Below are positions 14,240 to 20,000 of a DNA stretch of 20,000 bases, piece after piece. Made by a program: the position numbers and the translations under genes. Numbering within the stretch: position 1 is the stretch's first letter; each line of letters begins with the position of its first letter. The notes beneath the pieces were generated by a model that did not search any database, was not told the DNA's origin, and saw only the letters and a list, made by a program, of their open reading frames with translations. The DNA is from an uncultured virus (IMG/VR IMGVR_UViG_3300030098_004510) (Duplodnaviria; Heunggongvirae; Uroviricota; Caudoviricetes). Where the stretch lies: the IMG/VR virus record IMGVR_UViG_3300030098_004510. One strand, 5' to 3'.

Positions 14240-14621
14240 TTTTTATTTGTTTTGGTCTTTCAGCCTCAGGTATTTCCCTGTGGTAAGAAACCTTAAGTAA
14301 TCCATCTTTCAGTTCAGCATTGTTAACGACAATCTGTTTATGAAGTTGGAATCTTTTAATAAAGCTTCTATCAGAAATACCTTTATGCATTAAATCTTCC
14401 TGCAATTCTTTTTCTTTGCATCCAGAAATACTTAAAGTATTTTCTTTTACCTCAACTTTTAAATCTTTCTCAGCGAACCCTGCAACAGCAAATTCAATGA
14501 CCCCTTTGTCATCTTTTTCTTTTATGTTGTATGGTGGGTAAGTTGAAACTCTTCTGAAATTATCAAAAAAGTCATTTTGAAAACCAAGAAAATGGTTACG
14601 TAATATATCTAGTTCGTTCAT
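14226..14621 (-). CDS. hsp20: Small heat-shock protein (Hsp20/IbpA-like)
   Basis: YPPYNI, AVAGF, HKGISDRSF..F.L, A.LKDGLL and IPEAERPKQIKI motifs. AGGAGGT RBS. Confidence 0.95.
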   Translation of the reverse strand: MNELDILRNHFLGFQNDFFDNFRRVSTYPPYNIKEKDDKGVIEFAVAGFAEKDLKVEVKENTLSISGCKEKELQEDLMHKGISDRSFIKRFQLHKQIVVNNAELKDGLLKVSYHREIPEAERPKQIKIKST

Positions 14622-14668
14622 ATAAACCTCCTATTTAAGCAAGATTAGTAGGACCCATTACGGCATCC
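14619..14668 (-). promoter_or_regulatory. ROSE-like RNA thermometer in the hsp20 5' UTR
   Basis: AUCUUGCU-UAAAU-AGGAGGU hairpin, in which UUGCU with a bulged G pairs the SD, preceded by hairpin GGAUGCC-GUAAU-GGGUCC. Confidence 0.75.
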
Positions 14669-14675
14669 ATAAGTA

Positions 14676-15344
14676 TTATATAAGGGTTTCGTTGTATAAA
14701 TCAAGCTTTTTCATAAAAGCATTTGTAGCTCTTACAAATTTTTCACCAGTTAATTCAAATCGTTGAAATGTTAAATCACGTGAGCACATAAGAACTACAC
14801 CCTGGTCTATTTCAGTATCAAATAAAGCATTGTGGGCCGCGGCGTACGCTGAAAGTTGCATGAGATAGTCTTGTATCCATTCACGTTTCTTTGGTCTATT
14901 TGTTTGTTTAAAATCCATAATGGCAGGTCGTCCTTTATATACACCAATCATATCTGCTGTTCCTGCATACTTTCCAGGATTATATAAGTGAACTTCTGAT
15001 CCCCATATTTCTGTAATGTCATTAAACGCCTCATCTATTATTTTTTGAGCCATTTTTTCTGCTTGTATACCTATTTCCGTAAGATCTTTGTATTTATCTC
15101 CGTTCACAAAACGTTCTATATATAGGTGGAGCGCGGTGCCAATTTGACCAGCACTCTTAATGATTTGCTCAGCTTTTTTTTCACCTACTTTTGCACGCCA
15201 TTGTTTCAAAAACGTTTTATCTTTTGTTTTAGAAAGTATGGTGGTAACAGAAGGTAATGCTTGACCATCGGGTGTAAGATATAATCTTCCATCCCCTTCT
15301 TTACGTTTTAGTTCTGCGTAATTATATTTCTTAATTAATTGCAC
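14676..15344 (-). CDS. PD-(D/E)xK exonuclease (RecB/MGME1-like)
   Basis: PSVTTIL, GTALH, E..L....YAGTAD, IMDFK and Y..QL.AY motifs. GTG start. Confidence 0.9.
   Translation of the reverse strand: MQLIKKYNYAELKRKEGDGRLYLTPDGQALPSVTTILSKTKDKTFLKQWRAKVGEKKAEQIIKSAGQIGTALHLYIERFVNGDKYKDLTEIGIQAEKMAQKIIDEAFNDITEIWGSEVHLYNPGKYAGTADMIGVYKGRPAIMDFKQTNRPKKREWIQDYLMQLSAYAAAHNALFDTEIDQGVVLMCSRDLTFQRFELTGEKFVRATNAFMKKLDLYNETLI
14678..14705 (-). promoter_or_regulatory. RpoH (sigma32)-like promoter for hsp20, embedded in the exonuclease 3' end
   Basis: CTTG-N17-CTTATAT matches the alphaproteobacterial heat-shock consensus CTTG-N17/18-CYTATNT. It overlaps a sigma70-like TTGATT-18-TATAAT. Confidence 0.6.
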
Positions 15345-15350
15345 TGTGAC

Positions 15351-15359
15351 ATTATAGCA
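15351..15359 (-). promoter_or_regulatory. Extended -10 promoter, probably producing a leaderless exonuclease mRNA
   Basis: TGCTATAAT followed by 6 nt and then the GTG start. No SD present. Confidence 0.6.
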
Positions 15360-15365
15360 CAGATT

Positions 15366-15875
15366 TTATAAAAGTTCTAATGCTAATTTAGTTGTTTCAT
15401 CAACTCTTCTGGTCCATCCTTTTCCAAAGGTACCAAAAGTAGAAAGACTTTCATAATATTCTTGTCTGGCTGCTTGATATTGTTTTATACTTTCTTCTAA
15501 ACCATGACTATCTACATGCTCATTTACTTTAGCCAAGGTCATAGGTCCAATGCCACCGTCTACTGTAGTGCCAATCATTTTCTGTAAAAATTTAGCACCG
15601 CGTCCTGGTCCTGCATTAACTCCAAAATCAAATACACATAAATCTAAACCAGAAGGTAAATCATCACCTTTCATTTTATCCCAATAACCTTTTTTATAAA
15701 TTGGTGCTACGTCTTCGACTGTTAAATCTTTCATGTCTTTTGTACCACCGTGTTCTTCATATACTCTTTTAGTAACACCAAGATTTGTTTCTCCACCTGG
15801 GTCCTCGGGGTGGTTAACATAACCACCTTCATGATGTAAAATTGTTTTTAAGCAGTGTTCATAATTATGTTTCAT
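15366..15875 (-). CDS. Endolysin, glycoside hydrolase family 108 with C-terminal peptidoglycan-binding domain
   Basis: HEGGYVNHPEDPGGETNLGVT, FDFGVNAG, DGGIGPMT and FGKGWTRR motifs. Confidence 0.95.
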   Translation of the reverse strand: MKHNYEHCLKTILHHEGGYVNHPEDPGGETNLGVTKRVYEEHGGTKDMKDLTVEDVAPIYKKGYWDKMKGDDLPSGLDLCVFDFGVNAGPGRGAKFLQKMIGTTVDGGIGPMTLAKVNEHVDSHGLEESIKQYQAARQEYYESLSTFGTFGKGWTRRVDETTKLALELL

Positions 15876-16078
15876 TATCTATCCAATTTTTTATTTATAT
15901 TTTTTACTTCGTTTTCTATGACCGCTATTCTAGCTTCCATTTTTGTAAATAAAATTAAAGCTTCTTCTATACGATCTATGTCTCGTTCCATAGCATTAAT
16001 ACGTTGCGATGTCATACCCCATGTAGCTCCAAGTGCTATAAAAATTCCTATAATCCAAATAGCATCTCTTACACTCAT
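15875..16078 (-). CDS. Small single-TM coiled-coil protein, holin-like candidate
   Basis: TM AIWIIGIFIALGATWG followed by a coiled coil. TAATG-coupled to the endolysin. Confidence 0.6.
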   Translation of the reverse strand: MSVRDAIWIIGIFIALGATWGMTSQRINAMERDIDRIEEALILFTKMEARIAVIENEVKNINKKLDR

Positions 16079-16079
16079 A

Positions 16080-19000
16080 TTAACTTACCAAAGATATTAT
16101 GCCACCTCTTGCTGCAGTAGGCATTTGAGTGGTTGGGCCTGTAGGAGTACCAAATTGATTCGCTAGTGCTGCATCCGTGTTTCCACTATATAAACTAGCT
16201 GCCGCATTAGGATTCATACTTTGATTAAGAGCAATAGATGAGCCTGTAGTGCCACCTCCGAACGTATTTCCAGAAGTAGCACCGACAGACGTTGGGCTAG
16301 AAGATGCAACTGAAATATCTTCAGTTACATCAGTTACCGCAGGAGTGTTTGCAGACTCCTCACGGATTCCTTGTTTGGCTTGCGCCGCTTGTTTCATTTT
16401 TTCAAAGATGTTTATCTTTTCAGATATTTCTTCTCTACCAGTAGGGTCTGGTTGTTTATAAGCATTTACTTGATCAGTTCTACGTTGTTGATTTAATACA
16501 TCTTGAGTTTGTAATTCAAGTTCTTCTAAATCACCATTAAAGTTTGCACCAATAGTTTGTAATGCATTTTTAACAGCAAGTGCTTTAGCTGCTGAACCAT
16601 ATTTATGATAAGTAAAAGGATTCCATATTCTTGCAATATCTTCATCTGTTGCTTTTAAAATTTGATTAGCTGCTTTTAAATTAATTGGATTAGTTAATAT
16701 TTTACCACCTTGTCTTGCAAGTAAAGAAAACATAACAGCGTGTACCATGCTTACAGCCGGTATTGCAGCTCCAGCAGTTGCAGATCCTCCAATAGTTCTA
16801 CCTGGTAAGAAAGATCTAATAGCTCCTTGAAGACCAGAAATTTGTGCTCTTCTTGCTATGAATGTACTAATATCAGGCACACCACCACGGAAACCTGCTT
16901 CTAAAACTGTTGCAAAATCTGTTAAATCTTTCGCTGTTACAAAACCAGTTTTAACTTGTTTTGCTCTTCCGTTTAAAATTTGAATTGTTTTTGCATCCGC
17001 TCCGGCATCAATTAAATCATCCGGTAAAGATTTCATCCAAGGTTGAAGGTTATCTTTTCCTATACCTTTTTGTGCTATATTTAATCCTTCATCAATAGTA
17101 GCAAATAACTTTCCGTTCTTATCATCAAGACCTAAATTTTCTATAAATTTTTTAGGATCAATTTGTTTAGCAGCAGCAACACCTTCTTGGTTTAATGCTT
17201 TTGTAGCAGCAAGTGGTGAATTTAAATCTAAAAATGATTTTCCTGGCCATGCTTTTAATGCACTATCATATGCTGATTCAATATGCCTTCTCATCATACC
17301 TCTAAAAATGTCATCACCTACAAGAACTTGTAAATGTTTCATAGATTGAGGTGATTCTAAAAGTTTAGCTGTATGTAATAAATCATCAGCATACTTAGAA
17401 CCTTGTTGTCCAAGTTTAACTTGATAACCATATAACATATTTTCTGATAAACCTAATTGCTTTGCAACTGGAGAACCAAGAAGCATTTGTCCTTGTGACC
17501 AAAGATCATCATAACGTTTTAATGCTGATTTACCTGCCTCACCTAAATCAACTTGTCGCATTGCATTTTGAATTGATTGAGAAAATTGTTCAGCAAAATT
17601 AATAGCAGTGGCGTTAGTTTTCATGCCACCCATTTTCATTATTTGTCCAAGTTCATCTAACATTGCATCTGCACGGGCTAATGTAACTGAACCAGGTTCT
17701 TGTAATATATTATCAAAAAATGTGTTTAATCTATTTTTAACTACTGTTGGAAGAGGTGTACCATCTAAACCTTTTCCTGTTACTTGGGCCATGTGTGCTT
17801 TAAAATCTGTAATGATTGCGTGTGGAGAACCATCACCAATATTACCAGCAAGCTTTACATTAGCTCCTCTAGAAATTGCATGATCAAACCATTCTTTTCT
17901 TAATTTAGTTAACTCTTTAGTAAGATTGCTTACAGTGACTTTAGAAGAAGCACTAACGGCTTCAGATAATCTGTTATAACTAACTGATGGAGCAATACGA
18001 TTAGTCATGTCATCTAAAATAACATTCATTTTTTCTGCACGTTGAGCAAGGTTCTTTGCTCCTCCTCCACCAATTAAAGGAAATCTTAAAAATACATTTG
18101 GAAAACCTTGAACAGATCTATATTTACTTACGTCGGTAATACCTAATATTGCATCTGGTTCACCAGTTTGTTTTATCCAACCAGTTTTACCACCATATTG
18201 TCCTTCAGGAATAAATTTTTCAGATAACTGCATACCTTTAGTAGTTAATGTTTGATCACCAGCTCCTAATAAACTTCTCGTAAAGTTTCTAGTCAAATTA
18301 ATAGAAGGTGCTATAAAAGCGCCCATCGCTGTTAACTTTACTTCTTGTTCAGCTGTATCTACTAAACCTCTTGCTCTTTCTGCTACACCAGGTCTGTTAA
18401 TTCCTTTCTTACCAAACACACCTGCTTGGTTAGCTACGTCAAGTGCTGTTTCATATCCATAGTCTGCTGTTAATACACCAACAATACCACCAGCAAGTGC
18501 GCCTGCCATTCTTCCCCAATAAGGACCACCTTTCCAAAACTTAAATCCACCTTGAACACCTTTACCAAAAGCTGTTGCACCTTTACCTAACATGGAAGGT
18601 TGAGCAATTGCCCAGTTCTTTGACATATTATATCCAAGAATATTACCTCCAATACCACCACCAAATTTCATTATATTTTCAGCTTCAGGAAAAGGGTTAG
18701 GTGAACTTGTAGTTAATCCATAAGGGTCTGGCATTAAATTTACATCAACATCTCCACCACCTTGAATTTCTTGTGCAGTGTATCCATTTTGTCTTGCGTA
18801 AGCTAGTAGCCTTGCTTCCAATTCATTTTGATTAACACTACCAGGATTTTCATTTTCTTTCTTTTGCGCTTGTGCAATTACTTGAGCAATTTCCGCTCTA
18901 ACTGTTTCAACAGGTCGTCTATTTGCTAAGGCTTTCTCGTATTGAATTTGTAATTCTTCATCTGCTTTAACTTTATCAAGTAAAGCTTTTGCTTCAGCAG

Positions 19001-19316
19001 CTCTTTGTTTTTTTATATGCTCAGGAACACCGCGTGGTCCATATTGATAAATATCATAAACTGTTTCTGCACCGCCTTTAACTGCATCCCAAAAACCACC
19101 TAGTATAGCGTCTTTTGCATCACCACTTTTTTTTCTTATACGATCTATTCTTGCTTCAGCATCAGTAATAGGAACAGTTTTTCTAAAGTCTACATATTCA
19201 GTATCTTTAGCACCAATAACTTTTTCTTTTCCTACATCTCCCATTAACAATTCAGAGATACCATCGGAAGATAAAGGGTTTATAACGTTTAAACCTTTTT
19301 TAATTAAGTCAGCCAT
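16080..19316 (-). CDS. Large probable internal virion/ejection protein
   Basis: 1078-aa Ala/Gly-rich helical ORF with Gly-rich hydrophobic segments and a low-complexity C-terminus, upstream of lysis genes. The function is an inference. Confidence 0.7.
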   Translation of the reverse strand: MADLIKKGLNVINPLSSDGISELLMGDVGKEKVIGAKDTEYVDFRKTVPITDAEARIDRIRKKSGDAKDAILGGFWDAVKGGAETVYDIYQYGPRGVPEHIKKQRAAEAKALLDKVKADEELQIQYEKALANRRPVETVRAEIAQVIAQAQKKENENPGSVNQNELEARLLAYARQNGYTAQEIQGGGDVDVNLMPDPYGLTTSSPNPFPEAENIMKFGGGIGGNILGYNMSKNWAIAQPSMLGKGATAFGKGVQGGFKFWKGGPYWGRMAGALAGGIVGVLTADYGYETALDVANQAGVFGKKGINRPGVAERARGLVDTAEQEVKLTAMGAFIAPSINLTRNFTRSLLGAGDQTLTTKGMQLSEKFIPEGQYGGKTGWIKQTGEPDAILGITDVSKYRSVQGFPNVFLRFPLIGGGGAKNLAQRAEKMNVILDDMTNRIAPSVSYNRLSEAVSASSKVTVSNLTKELTKLRKEWFDHAISRGANVKLAGNIGDGSPHAIITDFKAHMAQVTGKGLDGTPLPTVVKNRLNTFFDNILQEPGSVTLARADAMLDELGQIMKMGGMKTNATAINFAEQFSQSIQNAMRQVDLGEAGKSALKRYDDLWSQGQMLLGSPVAKQLGLSENMLYGYQVKLGQQGSKYADDLLHTAKLLESPQSMKHLQVLVGDDIFRGMMRRHIESAYDSALKAWPGKSFLDLNSPLAATKALNQEGVAAAKQIDPKKFIENLGLDDKNGKLFATIDEGLNIAQKGIGKDNLQPWMKSLPDDLIDAGADAKTIQILNGRAKQVKTGFVTAKDLTDFATVLEAGFRGGVPDISTFIARRAQISGLQGAIRSFLPGRTIGGSATAGAAIPAVSMVHAVMFSLLARQGGKILTNPINLKAANQILKATDEDIARIWNPFTYHKYGSAAKALAVKNALQTIGANFNGDLEELELQTQDVLNQQRRTDQVNAYKQPDPTGREEISEKINIFEKMKQAAQAKQGIREESANTPAVTDVTEDISVASSSPTSVGATSGNTFGGGTTGSSIALNQSMNPNAAASLYSGNTDAALANQFGTPTGPTTQMPTAARGGIISLVS

Positions 19317-19999
19317 TATTTATATAGCTCCAATAATTCACCAAAATCTGTAGGACCTGTAATATTTACTTCATTTGTTCCAGAATAAATACTATTATTT
19401 CCAGTTGAAATTGTTTGATTTTCATCTGGGAATTGTCCTAAAAATCCTAAATTAATTCCTTGGTCTATTGCTTCTGGACCTACAAAACTTAAATAAGATT
19501 CATTATACCCTTGAATTGTAAGTGGTTGATTTAATCTACCAACACCAAATTGTGTTTCAGGTTTCATACCAGCTCTCATTGCGTGTGTAGCATAAGCATT
19601 GTATAGACGTTTTACAAACATATGCATTTTATTTGCATACTGTCTTGGATCACCTGAAGTTAACATTCTATCTTTTTTCAAATTATTAATTGAAGTTTGA
19701 ATTGTATCTGCAAGTAGACGACCAGTAGGCTGTTTCAAACGTGCTTCTAAGAATCCCATCATGTTAATCATTTGTTCTTCTATGTCATAGAATTGATTAT
19801 CCATTAAGTTTCTTACATATTGTTCAGTAGCAAAATTACCTTCTCTAATATTTCCACTTCCATCATCATACTTACCAAATTGAACATCTTTTTGACCACC
19901 ATGTGCCTCAGTTGCAATGTTACCTTCACCGGCAAGTAAACCCATTTGTGAGTTAACTAAGCCTTGCATTGTGTCTTCTGTTTGTGATCTCATCATTCC
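19316..19999 (-). CDS. Probable virion protein, 5'-truncated by the window edge
   Basis: The frame stays open to the end of the window. TAATG coupling with the 1078-aa gene. Confidence 0.75.
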   Translation of the reverse strand, partial: GMMRSQTEDTMQGLVNSQMGLLAGEGNIATEAHGGQKDVQFGKYDDGSGNIREGNFATEQYVRNLMDNQFYDIEEQMINMMGFLEARLKQPTGRLLADTIQTSINNLKKDRMLTSGDPRQYANKMHMFVKRLYNAYATHAMRAGMKPETQFGVGRLNQPLTIQGYNESYLSFVGPEAIDQGINLGFLGQFPDENQTISTGNNSIYSGTNEVNITGPTDFGELLELYK

Positions 20000-20000
20000 A

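Larger units (their letters stand above)
1..20000. mobile_element. Segment of a tailed dsDNA bacteriophage genome, probably infecting a marine alphaproteobacterium
   Basis: Phage-type PolA lacking the 5'-3' exonuclease domain, AEP primase, SSB-like gene, SNF2 and UvrD helicases, endolysin, tightly overlapping genes, and auxiliary genes (sufE, hsp20, 2OG-Fe(II) oxygenase). No host housekeeping operons, integrase or att site are visible. Confidence 0.95.

Noticed and set aside
12835..17883. Antisense ORFs 12835-13023, 15855-16166, 16249-16461 and 17608-17883
   Set aside because: Each lies opposite a well-supported gene and shows shadow-ORF composition.

Overview
The window is a densely coding, AT-rich (visually about 34-35% GC) segment of a tailed dsDNA phage. 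The host is probably a marine alphaproteobacterium (inference from gene content, GC level and an alphaproteobacterial-type RpoH promoter). From left to right: (1) a + strand cassette of membrane/coiled-coil proteins led by a 5'-truncated Glu/Met-rich protein; (2) a long leftward operon (12737 to about 2063) with replication genes (SSB-like, AEP primase, HNH, UvrD-like helicase, DUF6378-like, family A DNA polymerase of the Leu762 type), then a GH73 glucosaminidase, a PAPS-reductase/DndC-like Cys-rich enzyme, small Zn fingers, a 2OG-Fe(II) oxygenase and SufE; (3) a divergently transcribed SNF2 helicase behind overlapping back-to-back sigma70 promoters; (4) Hsp20, a PD-(D/E)xK exonuclease, a GH108 endolysin, a holin-like protein and large probable virion proteins. 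The main findings are a probable overprinted membrane-protein gene in the +1 frame of the polymerase catalytic core, a possible sulfur-transfer/DNA-modification module, and an hsp20 with both an RpoH-like promoter and a ROSE-like thermometer. Three short ORFs missing from the ORF track were also found. All family assignments are from motif recognition by eye; no database searches were run.
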